DNA of 64,000 bases from assembly GCA_003344405.1 (NCBI GenBank), contig NOWV01000128.1:62001-126000 (forward strand), read 5' to 3'. Below the pieces are notes generated by a model. That model worked only from the letters and a program-made list of their open reading frames with translations. It had not been told where the DNA came from and searched no databases. The translations under genes and the position numbers were made by a program. Positions 1-14,631 of the stretch are shown in pieces (position 1 is the first letter of the stretch; each line of letters begins with the position of its first letter). The stretch comes from Trichoplax sp. H2. Lineage: Eukaryota.

Positions 1-3000
1 TGGAAATTGCATTACGAAGATACGACCATCTTCCAAAGCCTAATTTATTTTATGTTTACACAATTTACACAGTTATCATCGATGACAATAATTATCCAAG
101 GAAGCTCAATTATCACTACAATAACAGTAACATGATAAATAACTTTCTTACTTGATTTACAGTATTACCAAATGTTTGCGAATTCAATTTGGACTCAATT
201 GCATTCTTCCAACCAAAATCAGGATTTAAGAAAGGTTTTAACTCAGAAACCTTAGTACCATCGAAAATAGCATCTAAGTAGGACCAAATGTTTATTAAAA
301 AATTTAGTGCTGTAAAGAAATTGAGGCATAAATTTTTACTGCTATGGTTTTGTAACCTAACTTCGTATACTTGCATATCTGTGTTACGGTTTGAGCATTA
401 TTAAAAGGAAATATTAAGAGATATCCATGTATGAAAGATGTAGTACGGTATATCTTACAAGTATTATTCGCTCCGTGTGGCTCTATCAAGTATATTGTAC
501 AGGGTATATCAAAATGGAATTATTTATTTCTGTCTTACCTCTCTGACAAACAACTTTCCAGACAGGCTTAAAGCAGCTAGTATAAAACAAGCGCAAGCCA
601 TATCGCGAAAAACGAGCTGATAAGCACTTTCGGAAGTAGCTTGGTGTGTTGTAAGAATTTTCAACGGTAGTACCATCCAGCCACTTACCATATTTTGCTC
701 CCACATAGACACGTGAGTACCATGTTTTGAAGTACTTATTAACAAGTTTAGCTTCCGTAGGATCCGACAATATTGGTAAACGGCCATGATTACATTTGCA
801 CTTATATTGAGCAATATGCCAGTTTGTGTAATGATATGGACGAAAGGCTTTATAGCAATGTTTACCAATTAATTTCCAACCCTGTGGACAAGCTACATGT
901 ACATACAAGATTTAATATTTTGGTTGCTTAATTCAAGTTACCATTACCGGTAATTAAGATCTGATTAGCAGATCGGGTAATTTTGGAGAACGTGTTATTA
1001 TTAACAAATTACTCATAAATAATGTGATTAAAGCTACTTCAACTTACATGATTTGAAAACTCTGGATAGCTGCAAGGGATGTAATCCTGCCAAACGCTGC
1101 TCTGCAAAGACTTTATCATCCGAGAAATTATCAATGATTAGATCACTAGGCATCGTGAGTTGATTTCCTAGTGCCTAAAGTAATGAATTTACAAAGCATG
1201 AATAGGTTTAGCTAAGTTTGCTATCAGTAAAAATTTCTTGATTGATAGTATGCTCTTAAAATAATTACATAGTATATGATTATACTAAAATATAGCATCC
1301 TATCAAAGTCGCTAAATCCAATTAGCTGACTTATCCATTTTTACCAATAAATTTCGTGGTGCAGCTAATTACGATCACTGCATAAACTTATTTTAGCATG
1401 ATAAATTATAACTCAGTATTATAGCAGTATACCATTGTATGTAATTATGACTAAGTCTAATAGTATCAGAACTAATATCTATGTTGTTTCTTTATCTTTG
1501 CTTGCATTCAATTCACATTATATGATGCTTATGTACTTTATATTTCTGCATTGCATTTGTACTATCCTTCACATAGGTTGCACTCTACTGTTGATTAGTA
1601 TAACAGTAACTCACATTCCCAAATTACAGTTTGAGACTCAAAATTCTTTGAGTTTACCATTAATTCATTACAGCCTGTCATCAATTGATTTCAAGATTTC
1701 AATCTTAGCTGTATACTAACTTAGATGAATTTAATCAACAAAAAAATAAAATTAAAATTAAATTAATAGCCTGATCGACACTCGAGGGCTTAGCCACACC
1801 CGAGGTCATAATTCGAGGACAATTTAGTATGCTGATTATTTTGACGCATGCGTCCATTAAGCGGAAGGTATATTTCTTTTCACGATATAGTTCCGCAAAT
1901 TTTCCTTTCTAGATATTATTTGCCAGCCGGACTAGAGATTTCTCCGCCTTTACCACTCCCATCTATTATTTAAAACTAATATTGAATGCGATCTGCTTTT
2001 CTTTTTTTTTTGTCACTTAATGAACAGTAAAAAGGATACGTCCGCGCATTGCAATCGATCGCTTAAAAATTGCAGAGCTATAATCACCTGGAATGATTTC
2101 AGCTAATTATGGCACAGTTGCCATGTATAAGGAATAAAGTGATAGTATGCAATGTAGAACTGTACGTCTTAATAAAGTAACTATTGATTATAGCTCGTAT
2201 GATGAAATGGCTCACCTACCCATATGAGCTATGTAAGGTCGTAGCTGATAGCCATACTAAGTATTATTGCTATTTGAGCAATCTACTTTTAAGATTAATG
2301 ACTCCTATACATTATCTAGACGAGGTATAGAATTGACGGAAAGGAAAAATTGCTAAATAGTACTTAAATTAAATTCAGAAATTAAATTAATCAAATCATT
2401 CTTAGCAAAGTGTGCCAATATTTTTTTATTACTATATCATCATTCAAATTTTCTTGGTTATTGTACAATTCAGCTAATGACGAACGTCACTGATCGTAAC
2501 TAGTTGCTTAACCTATAATTTTTTTAGAAATATTTATTGAGTAGTGCTTATTTGCTGTTGCAAAGTATGGAGATGTCTTAAAAAGTCACGTAAAGAGTCA
2601 AAGGAGTAGGATGCAGCTGCCGTTAATATAGACAAAATTTCATTCCTCAAGGGATGTGTCCATTTCTGTGATGCTAAAGCTTATACCTATTCTAGATGTG
2701 CAAATTGGCAAAGACTGACTAAAAATACTATTAGTCATAGGTCGCTAATTGCTGTACAAATTTTTTGAGGGATCTTATTTTACATGGAGTGACTTTGCCC
2801 GTATGAGAATGCATGGATGCTAATAGTTTTTACTCTGTTAATATTTCATATCAACAAATACTTCCAATTATACTTTGCTATTAGCAATGCTGATATTGAT
2901 TTGTTGATACACGTAATTATTAACTAAGCATAATATGGCCTAGTGTTGGCTTAATATTTACTTTCATAAACATAAAATATCTCAAATGCTATGATAAGGG

Positions 3001-6000
3001 TGGAGGAAGTAAAAGGCGGATTCGGATATTGTCGGTGAAATTCTCAATTAAATACTTTGCACCTACTTCCCGTAGTACTGAGGCTTACATTCTTTTAGAG
3101 TACCATGTACCAAATTGAGTCTATATATATAATGCATGGTAGGAAGTGCAGTACACTCAATGAAGAAACTGTTAATGTTATACTTCATATAGTCAAGATG
3201 TTTGTATCATTATAATATCTTTACAATAAATAGTAAAATATCCTTTCGCGTTAAGTTTAACATAACTTAGATAAAACATTTGCTGCAAGTGAGGACTTGC
3301 AGTTATTGAAAGAAGACAATCAATGATTTATATAATTATTAATCTCATCTGAAATTCTGAGTCAGATACGCGAGTAAGATTAAATTTTAGAACGCTAACG
3401 TAATTATAAGCTAGTGCGTATATATATTTACGAAGAGAATTTTGTTAAGATCAAGGTTCAGTTCTATATCAAAAGCAATACAGTACATAAAGTGACTTAC
3501 CAACTGCGCATCGTAAAAGAAGGAAAATAACGCCTTGTAGTCTTCAATAACGGTAAAGTCTCGAAGAGAATTATTGCCAGTGGTAAGGAAAGTGGCCGCT
3601 AAATTAGCACTGTCCTGTAACGTGAATTGATACGAAAAAAACCATGGATTTTCCAATGGATCACTAAATGCAACACCGAATGCTGTGCCTGGATCGGCAT
3701 CCCATAGTGGTGGAATTAACACAGTTGGATCCCGCAGAGGATTATTAAAATCTGGTGTTTGACGTAATGCATATATAGTTTGACTTTGGGCTAGTTCAGT
3801 TTGACGATCCGCTAAACATGCTGCACTAACGAATTGTGGTATATCGACTGGACAAGTATGGTTACTACGAGGCAATCCAACCAATTTATGATCCTTTTTA
3901 GATTCGATAAGTAAATCAGCTGTTTATAATTGTAGAGATAAAGAGCTGTTATTAGATAAAAACACAGCAAATTGGTCTTTGATACGATATTAACCAATTC
4001 GGAGATTGTTAACATAATATATTGTTTAAGTACCGTGATGAGTATACAACGAATACGAATATCAACATATGATTAGCACAGCTCTATATATTCAATAGGT
4101 CTAGATAGGATAGAGCCATTTCTTCACTTTTTAATAGCATGATTGATTGTATAATCAGGGTCATTGCATAGTTACTGTAGTCACTTAAAATGAAACAATC
4201 AATTGGTTTTGCTATAGTCTGATACTATCTTAAACTTTATATTTATAAGGGTGAAACGTCAACATTGCATAGAGTTTACTTATCTTATTTTAAGCAAGCA
4301 AACGATATTTTAACGATACTGCCGAGTTAGCTCGACGATGGATAAAATGTAATAGACTTTGCAAATTTGATGTAATGATGTTTAGATAATTATCATACGC
4401 GCAAAGGAGAAGCCTTCTATTTTACTTCAATCAAAATAAACGCTTAAGAAATATAGCATAAAGCATATACATATGAATTTATATAAATGAATTTATATAT
4501 AATGGCCTGTAAAATCAATAATTATTAATATAAACACTGAAAAGGACAATAAAAATTAATTAAAGTAAACGCTGAAGTTTCTAACTGACCTATTGGTCTA
4601 TATTCTTGATCAGAAGAAGTCACATCACTTTTATTTTACAAGGATAATTTAAGAAATGAATTAGGTAACTAGCTCCAAGATCTATACATATAATAATTAA
4701 TCTGATAATTTGATAAATGGATTATTTAGTTAGGGACCAATCGTAGCATTGAGAATGAAATCGATTGATGATAACAAATAATTTATAGTCCATAATTTAT
4801 TATAAATCGTATGTAATCATTAAGAACTTCCGTATCGCGTATATTGTCTTTAATATTATTTTTACTGATTCTGTTTAGTGTTGCAATTGAGATAAATCAA
4901 GATTGTTACAAAATTATGGAGGAGTCATGATCAACGTGAATATTTTAAGTAATGCTATGATTAAACTACAAAATTATAGACAATAATCACTGCAATAAAT
5001 TATTCCATTGCCGAAGCCTTGTAAGGATATTTATAAATCAAGTACTATGATTGTATAGTTGGCCAATATGGCATTCTACTTACTATTATCTTGGCTTTTG
5101 AAGAATTGGCTGTTAAAGAAGCAATCTGAATAAATTCCAACGCATAAACATGTTTCTGGTAAGATGCAGAATTCACCTTTACCACAGCTCTGACGGCAAA
5201 CAGCTAAATAGATTGAAATTTTAGTTTTCTTAAATTTCTTGAATTAATACACATAAGGCGTTAAAATTTAGCGGTTTGGGAATTCTAAACTGTTAGCGAT
5301 GACAAAGACTACTACATGCGTAGTGATAATGGAATGCTTTAAATTATTGACTTTTATAATCGAGATTAAATCAACTATGAGTTTAATATTATCCAAATTT
5401 TTATGAATTGTTATAAGTGGCTTTTCTTTATACGATTAATCAGGTATAGAATGGACTGTAATGTACTGTACATTAAATGCTCTATCATAAAGCAATAAGG
5501 TCCGCACCAGCTGTGTTCATGGCATAATAATATAAAGGTTCAGTTTTCGATTAATTTAAATTTTCTACTAGATTAATTGCCAGTATGGTAACTGTTACAG
5601 AGTAAGTTAACTTTTCAAATAAGTTCACGTTTAATCCATGCTTCATATTCTATATAAGTCAAATAAATTATAGACAGCGCCATACAACTCCTTCACTATA
5701 GTTTTCTTGCACCGTTATCGTAACGTCTCTTATATTACTTTTTAATTTTACAACAACATTTTGCAACGGATCCCATAAATATTACATTGCAACTTAATAC
5801 TATAATGTCTGGCAATGCATATATAATACAGTAATTTACAGCAAATCGATCAACTACAACTATCCTGTATCATATAGTCGGTACCGGATAAAGTGCAATT
5901 ATGAGCTTGTGGCAATTTAAAGATCATAACGGTCACTTACAGAGTAAGATCATTACATGAGGTTAGCTAATTTATGAATAGTATCGTGTCTTTGAAAAAT

Positions 6001-6767
6001 TAACATATCGCATGCATTGCTATTCAAAGTGCATGAAATATCACTGCCTTGACATAATGACAAATATATTCTGTTTCTAAAACTACTTACGTGTAAAACA
6101 AGGATCTTCGCCATAAATTATTCCATTAGGCCTTGACCAACCCTCACAACATTGAGGATCTTTTTGATTTTTTATGCTTAAGTTCTTAATGATGCTATTT
6201 AGTCTTTGACCATCGCTGATTTAATTTTAAATGAGTAATTAAATAATCATAGGATACATAGGATCTGGCATAGTATCAAACTTAAAACACAGAAAAGATT
6301 TTTACCTCTCCACTTCGCAAACATTGTTATTGAGAAAGCCAGCGATGATACTTGCAATAAAAGGAACATAAATTATTACTTATTCCATATATCTAATCAA
6401 ACTGTCTATTTTTCTAAGGATATTTAAAAACTGATATAGAATTAGCAACAAGTTGTTCGTACATCATAAAATGCCCACAATTAAATAAATCAGCTGATCA
6501 CAATGATGTAACTAAATTTAACAACGTGATCTATGTAGAGATATAGATAGTGTGTTTCGTGTCTCTTTAGTTTTTAAGACGTGAAATGCAGTTTTTACTC
6601 GCTTTGGTTTAAATCTCCAATTATATCACTATAGAAATAGTATGAAATACTTTTTTTGCACCCTTCTTTTTGCTGTATAACTTCCCCTACCTTGTTAAAC
6701 GCTCGTATTGTGATGAGGGTAGTGGCAAGATGGCAAAGATGGCTATAAGAGCCAATACAGACTTCAT
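1..6767 (-). CDS. Secreted lipoxygenase paralog A: signal peptide, CCxGW/NIM-EGF head, LOX domain with inserted C-type lectin-like domain; 3' end runs off the window
   Basis: Frame-compatible GT-AG exons: 6767-6691 (MKSVLALIAIFAILPLPSSQYERLT), 6350-6306 (IIAGFLNNNVCEVE), 6215-6091 (QCCEGWSRPNGIIYGEDPCFT), 5203-5084 (PVCRQSCGKGEFCILPETCLCVGIY), 3919-3501 (TCPVDIPQ..RQTELAQSQTIY), 1174-1048 (DDKVFAEQRLAGLHPLQLSR, LOX motif), 892-539 (CTLD), 273-152, 39-1 (ALEDGRIFVMQFP). Near exon-for-exon homologous to the complete paralog at 14632-23449. Confidence 0.88.
539..892 (-). CDS. C-type lectin-like domain exon of LOX paralog A (354 nt, phase 1-1)
   Basis: CPQGWKLIGKHCY...A..KC...GRL...YVG...WLDGT...CL...SC....VVCQ pattern; tag acceptor at 893-894, gtaag donor at 537-538. 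Confidence 0.9.
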
Positions 6768-9700
6768 TTTGAGACAACGAAATGAATCTGATCGTTCACT
6801 GTGCAACCTAATCAATTCAACGTGAGAATTATTAAGAAGTATCAAGTTGTTTATCAGTTTTTGACAGCAATGATTAATCAGCCTTAATTATTTGTTAATA
6901 GTGCAATGGATTATGATGACAATGTGATTGACTTAAAACAATTAATAAACAATTATTCATCATTGTGCTCGACATCGCTTCAATGAACACTATGTTAATA
7001 TTGATTTAACTTTTCTACAATGCTATGAATTTTTCGATCTTATTTGATTCGCTGAAATTATTTTACTTGACTTTTTGTAACCAAAAGACCACTTTGAAGA
7101 AGATTTAGATGGTAAATCTTATAAGCATTAATAATATCAGGTTTAAATAATACTTTCTTAATAAATACGTAGCCTACAGGCAATACAGATGGCTAGACTG
7201 CTAGAATTTAAGATAGATAATTGAATCCATAATTTTTATATGCCTTACTTCAAGATTTCGTTTAATTATCATCACAATAAAATTATATAATAACATTTAC
7301 TATTATCAAAGATACATTTTCGGCTAGAGAATAAATAATGGAAAAGACTAGATTTAAGAAATTATTATTTATCAAAGTATGATTTACAGCCATTAAAAAT
7401 TATAAGCGCTAAAACATAACTACGTAAGATATGGTAATGCACATGGAGCATAAAAATTATAAAGAATTTTTGCCCCTATTCATAAAAATGAATATTTAAA
7501 TTAAGGGATCATTAAAGGATCCTTATATTGATAATTCATTATAATTAATTGGATTATTAGTTTTGTTTCACTAATTAATGAATGCTTTGCTAAATCACAA
7601 TTGTTACGGTAATAATGAAAAAACCGTTCGGGGGCAACTAAATGCGGCAGTTAATATTTAAAATAAGATGCATCGTCTATAAACATATTTTCGAAATTTG
7701 AAGGTTAGGATCCATTTATTTTCCTAAACTTAAAACAATAGAAACTATGATATTAAGTCACTAGGAGTGATTCTCTTGGAGCAAGCCAATGTGCTATCGT
7801 TTCCAAAATACTTCTGATAGTAAAAATACCTTAGTACGACTTTTTACAAACGATTCTAGAGGTATAAATTGGGGTATACTTTGGAGTGGGTATAGTCTGG
7901 GCTGTTACACAGGTTCTCATTTTTTAGCATCCTTTTATAATTGGTGATATTATAGTCATATCATGGTTTTATATTTTAGCTAAATATTTACAGCGGTTAA
8001 TTGAAGCTATAAAAGTATAGCTAAAGTAAAATTGTTGCAAGAATACAGATAATTTTATTAATTTAATCTAGCTTTCATTTTATGATCTATTCTTAGTGTA
8101 TGGTACTGTTTTGCATAAACGTTGTATAATGGAATAGTATCATAATAATTAGTATCACTACTACGTAGTTACTAATAAAGGAAACATTAGAGTCGTCTAA
8201 TGTTTTAGAGGAGAGCGAAATCATTGTACAGTAGATTATAGTTGACTTCTATTACCCCAAAATACTACCATATTAGTTGCGCTGCCAACAATTTCTAATA
8301 AATATTCAAACTTAACAAGATTTATTCATTTGCTAGATTTTTCGTTCTAATCAATAATTTTCAGAGCTCGATCAATTTAGCTAGCGCTAGAACCAGTTAT
8401 GTAGATAAATAAACGTGATTGGTGCTTTTAAGACTCTTGAGATAATATTTTGTAATAGATATCCTAAGATGATCTTATTCTATAATAGCCTAGTAGTGAC
8501 TAAGTCATGGTGTTATGATATATGAGCAGTATTAACTAAATATCATTCTGATACCATTACCTACTATATTTGCTTTTAAATATTAGTGGGCTAATAATTA
8601 TTTTATCAGGTAATTCATTCTGATAGAAAGACATTAAAGAGATTTCGTATAATGCTATTTATACAATGTAAAATTATAGATTATTGCATGTAACGATAGA
8701 AATAGATCTTAAAACGCAAAGCTTAATGGCATGAAGTTGGTTGATAATTTATTCCCAAATCTAATAAACTTTCATTCAATCCGTCATACCTTTACTTTAA
8801 TCACACTCTATTTTCTAGTTTTAATCACTCTGAATCATTTTTTAAAGCCTCCTTTTATTCCTTTATGCTTATGCTGAAATACATCTGAAGATATTGTTAC
8901 TGCTGAAATACTTTTTCTGTCCACGTAAAACGAAAGGCAGTAATTTTAATTAAACAATATCACAGATATCAATCTAATCTACGAGACGCTATAAAAATAT
9001 GAAGCTGTGAAGCTTACTCAAAATATGCTTTGACATCGAAGTAATATAACGCTAATTCTACATCTATCAATACATCTATCGATCATCACAAAACTTGACT
9101 AAACTACATTGCTTTTCCTAAAAGTTCCAATAATAGCTTATTTTTGAGTTTGTAGCGCCAAAATTTTCATCATTTATTTCTAAGAGAAAAAATTAAAAAG
9201 AAGTATCAATGCGTTGTATACAATAAAATATTTGCTTTTACCATGTTGTACTAGGACTTTCGTTAGCTAATTTAAAGGTTAAAGGTTAATATTTCATAAT
9301 GCTTGTAGTATTTTCATAATGATTTCAGATACTGATATGGAAAGACTGGTAAATTTCTTTTTTACATACCTTTCCCTATAATACGTATGATTAGCTCATT
9401 TTGGCGATGATAGTAAATAAAGCATAAAATTAAAGAATTATTGTATTTTATTCTTATATAGCTCTGATTCGATAAATGATATCATAGTGAATACAGATAA
9501 ATAATGAGCCTAGGATGGGTTTTGTAATTTTTAATTGAAGTATTGAGGGCAAAAAGTCAATATATCTAATGTTGACTAAGAGATATATGGCTACTAATTG
9601 TTTCTACGAGACAATGAAAATATTTCTTAAGTGCAAAGCTACATAAAATTGTCTGCGTATTCTGCCTTTAGTATTATATATTCAATATGAATGTGCTATG

Positions 9701-10640
9701 GGAATTGACCTTGGCCTCTAAACGATAAGATCAAGGACAATATTATAAAATTGTGAACGACAAACTGATATGCTATGTACGGTACCGAGATCTCGGAACA
9801 GTAGGAGTTAATTAGGTGCTTGCTTTGCTAGCCCCCATCAGGCAATGCTCGCTTGTTTTGTTCTTAATTCTATGACGGGATATTGACTAGATTGCTAGAA
9901 GAATTCTTTAATTTAATAGTCACTGAAAGTAGTTTGTTTACATAAAATTCAATAAATATTCTTGAGAGATTAAATGTTATACCAGGAGATCCTACGTTAA
10001 TGATTAATTAATTAATTAATTAATTATGAAAAAAATAAAGTTGTTGCTAAGTGTCACTAACCAGCTTCGTGACAAAGATAACGTAAAACAAATCTCTAAA
10101 TTACTCTAGTCTCCAGGATTCAGTATCCCTAAACTACCTCACAAGAATTTAGACGCCTTTGCTTCTACGTTAAAACAACTATATAAGTCTTCTTTTATGC
10201 AACTATCTGCCGAGCTTAACCCTTCGGCAGCAGCTATCATGTATGAGTCATAACGGTTCATGAAATTTAGCTCATATTGGATAGCTAAATTAATACAGAA
10301 ATTATTCATAATTTTGGACATGTACCGAACGATTCTAGATAATTAGACTACAGTATGTCCACACGCAGAATTATTTATAGTATCACCTATAATTGAATAT
10401 CTTCAGGATATTCATCATAAGCGTTACAAGACATAACGCTATAATCAATTACTATTGGTTACCTTATAAGAACTTTTACTACAATGCAGCATAATTTACT
10501 GTAACAAATAATAACTACCGCAGTTCTTACTGTAAGTCATCATTAGTTATCTCCATGTATGAATGTTAAACACTAAATTTAGTCATATACTTTTCACAGT
10601 GGCTCGTACCGTAACACTAAGATATTATGTTTGAACCATG

Positions 10641-11189
10641 TGTCACAATTTTACTTCTGCGACAAGGTAACGTACAGTAAAAGTCTATAAGTAGCTACTG
10701 ACTTAAACGCCCTTCTACCTAACTTTAAACACACACAGCAAAATACTGTAAAGATAAAACTTTTATTAGCAAAGACACATCTACAACTTTTTACTACCCC
10801 ACTCAACTCAAATGTTCCCGTTTATATAGGAAAAGTCTAATTTGTAAACAACAGTATTATTATTATACCTTACTAGGAGAAACATCTCGAAATGAGATGT
10901 TCGTTACATAGCTTTTCTATCAGTAAACATTTTGTATTTCTTACTCTTACTTAATCTTAATCTAAGCACGTAGGTTGTCTAATTCAACTATCATCAACTG
11001 GAACTTGAATCATCTTACTGCTATTTATCACACAATAACAATCAATAACAAATATGTAATGAACTATCACAAACAACATCCACGTTAAGGCATTACTTAT
11101 CTTACCTAGAACTACAAATATGGATATTCTCCGTACTAGCTACTACTGTACTTATTAAACTATCCCAATGACAAGGCAACACCGTAACA
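10641..11189 (-). mobile_element. Solo LTR (549 bp) with 5-bp target-site duplication
   Basis: Termini TGTCAC...GTAACA; CCATG on both sides (10636-10640 and 11190-11194); minus strand has TATATAAA (~10821-10828) followed ~60 nt later by AATAAA; homologous inverted copy at ~57285-57567. Confidence 0.8.
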
Positions 11190-14100
11190 CCATGTAAATA
11201 TTAGTGTTAACAAGGCATCTCGAGTAGTTGTATCAATTTGCAAGATACTAATATCATTTCTAGATGAATGCCCAATATCTTTTTACATCTTAATAGTTGA
11301 TGGATATCATAAAATTGAACGAAAGCCTTTCACATTATTACCAGTGCCATAGATAAATTCCAATTCTCTATTAATTACTATAAATTCACTTCTAGACTTA
11401 ATTATTTTCAAGCGCAGGCGACTTATGAGTTTCTGACATAAAATTCTAAACTTTTAAAAGATTAATAGTTTGAGAATATCGACAGTACGAAAAGTATTTC
11501 TTGATATTTCGGAAATAAGCTAATAGAACACCTGTTGCTAAGTAGTACAGTTATTCTTTTAAAATAATTGCTAATAAATTGCTTGATGTAATCTCTTATT
11601 TCAAACGTATATGTTACGGTCAGTGTATAAGCTATTATTGCCATGGAACGATTCATAACTCGACAAACTCCGATATAATTTGCTACTAGGTAGCAAATAA
11701 ATGGGCTGCATGAATAACCCGTCCGTAATACGTACTTGTTACGGTTCATCATTACCGTAAATAAAAAAAGAAATATTTATTCATATTTTTTCTAAAGAAG
11801 AGTTGTGATATGTTAAGTCGTTAATGGATTTCCATTAATGAATGTGTGATAAAGATTGTCACACTTGATTAATGAGTTATTAAGTAACATGTCTAGTTGA
11901 TTTGTTAACTGGAGTAAGAGTGGTAAACACTCAATATTAATTTACATATATCTATTCTATACTGACTGTCATAAATATATGTTACACAAAATCAAGTATA
12001 TTGTAAATAGAATTATGCTGATAGAAAATGGCATAGGTATATAAGAGCGTGCCTTTAATCATAGAAGGAGTTCTCTTATTACATTGCCTAGTAATATATG
12101 TTATCGTTCGAATAAAGAGGATTTATGAAGTTATCCGGATATACACACTGCTGAATAAGGTCTTATACTAAGCTGGTCGAGTTAGTGAAGCTTATTAGCA
12201 ACGGTATATTACGGTAGAGCGGTTACGTTAGGAATAAAATTAGTTACTTGTACCACAAACGACGTTACGACAGAACTATATATTGATAGTTTTTTTATTA
12301 CTCGTAAGTAAACAATTGAGCAGCCTAAAATTTGTCATGTAACAACTGTAAATTGCTAATAATAAGACACAACCAAGATTGGGAGAGAAAAGAGTTCGAA
12401 ATAGCCTGTTATTAATTCCGCGTCCGTTAGCTCAAGGAATTTAGCTTTTTTAATGAATAACTTAACATGGCAATGGAAGAGGCGAAAAGAATATATGCTT
12501 CTGTTTATTCATTTGCATATATAGCTATTTTTACCTATGTTCTTGTATTTATACAGCTCGTCAGGATTTCTATTTAGCATCTACTAGGATAAATACATAG
12601 AATTTGCTCTTTAACTTCTTAAGTTCACTTTACTATTCGTGGATTCGACTGCCACTTGATTGAAAGTTGTAAAGAATTTTGTTGATGTATTTACTGGGGC
12701 CTGATTGTGGCACAAAATATACCATTGTTTCGATGCTTAATAAGCAGCAGTCCTATTATTTCACTGTAGATCAATGTCTATATTCGACCAGAGAATTAAT
12801 GATAATTTACTTATATAATTAATCAAAATGGGGCAAAAATTTTTTCATGCACCGACACTGATGTCATGCAATAGAGCCTACAAATATGATGTACTGGTAT
12901 GACAGTATTCATTTTAGGAACTAGTTAGAGGTGATTGCATCCGCAAACAACTTCAGGCACTGAAATTCCACGGCCCATATACAGTATTGAATAGTTACTG
13001 GCCCTTAAAGGATGATACAGTAAATGATAACTTATAATTACGGCTTAAAAGATATGCACCACTTGCAGGAGGTATTAACTGAAATATCAGCTTACGCCCC
13101 TCTAGAATCATACAGGCACGTAATTTTCTCAGCATCTATCATTATCATTATTGATTTATTTATCTTGGCTAACTTTATGAATGGCTGAGTAAAGATTTTA
13201 AGTTTCGTCCTTTTGGACAACATTACTTGAAACAGCATTTTGTAGGACTATTTCTGGTAGTCATAAAAGTACACAGAATCCTGAATATTATATGCTCTTT
13301 ATATTTTATTTCATGCGAATTATCTTACTCAGTTAGGACAGGTATATATTTGTTTATGATATAGGTAAGGTTAGAGTCTGAATTTTTATTTAGGTACGTA
13401 GTATTCTCCATTATACTGCGGTATATAATGATTATTTTGCTAAATGAAATATCTAAAATTGACGGTAACATTCTCGTATAAGCGAGTAGCAAACAAGTAA
13501 ATTACAAGGATAAAGTTTTACTAAATATAATTTAATAAAACTAATGTCCTCAAGCTGCTATAAGAAAGAAATGGATACCTTTATTAGTATTAGAATATAT
13601 GGCATTAAAACTAGTCTATTTAATTGTCTCTCACTTTTAAACTAACGACAATTACCAGGTTTAGGACACTAAAGCAGATTTTGTCATTCCGATTGTGACT
13701 AGGAGGAGGTAAAACTAGTAAGATCCATGCTTTGACGTTTTAAGATAAAGATATCCATGACAAATCATATGTTATCGTATGAATTAAATTTTACCTTAGG
13801 AAAATCTAACATCTTAGCATAATAAATTATTAAATTAGGGATAGCGTCAATACGATATGGTGCTAAGTAACTGTCCATATAGGCAATTAAAATATATGCT
13901 TGTATTACGATACAAGGACCACAAGTTAATAAAATTACCAATTCGATGAGTGGAAGGAAAAAAATTTTACGGCGGACTAATTATACTTGAAGAAATGATG
14001 GCATTTACCAGTTAATACAGAAAGTGAAATTTTCTACGAAATAATTGGATGCGCACTATTCATACCCAACTAAATTTTGCAGTAATAGCGAATGAATAAA

Positions 14101-14631
14101 GAAAGAAACTCAATAAATATGAGCGTATCTGTTATAATATTAAGTACGGTAATTTTGCGTAATATATTAGAATTAGATCGATATGATGTTAATAATAAAT
14201 CCGTGTCTGGAGCAAAAAGGATGCCATACGGCAATTTAATAATTATTCTGTAATATCATAGTGAACTGGTAGATTACATCGCAAACGTAGAGCTATAATG
14301 CATAATACACTATCATTCTAAATTAGATAAGTCTATTTTAACCTTATATGATTTGATAATTTATGCTTAACTTAGATAGTTCCTACATTTTAATGAAGTA
14401 AATTAGCGAAGGTAGATAGTTAGTCTTATTACAAGAGTGGAAGCTTGTAGTTTTTTCTGAAATATCGCGGTCTATATTCTGTTACTTATTCATAAAGTAA
14501 ATAAGATGTAGCTTTAACTGATATGTGAATATAGCAACAATGCTACTGCTGATTTTAAATATGCCCGTACTATCGATGTTACAATGTAAAATTATGTTAT
14601 ATTGCTGTTAGAATCCATATCTGAAATGGTC

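Noticed and set aside
274-309. Longer acceptor (310-311) for the post-lectin exon of LOX A
   Set aside because: In frame, but the acceptor at 274-275 matches paralog B in length and alignment; not excluded as a minor isoform.
486-908. C-type lectin ORFs (also 17074-17400) as independent nested lectin genes
   Set aside because: No signal peptide or credible start; bounded by splice sites in phase with the flanking LOX exons, at the same position in both paralogs.
10139-10321. 60-aa ORF next to the solo LTR as a retroelement remnant
   Set aside because: No gag/pol motif and no splice context.
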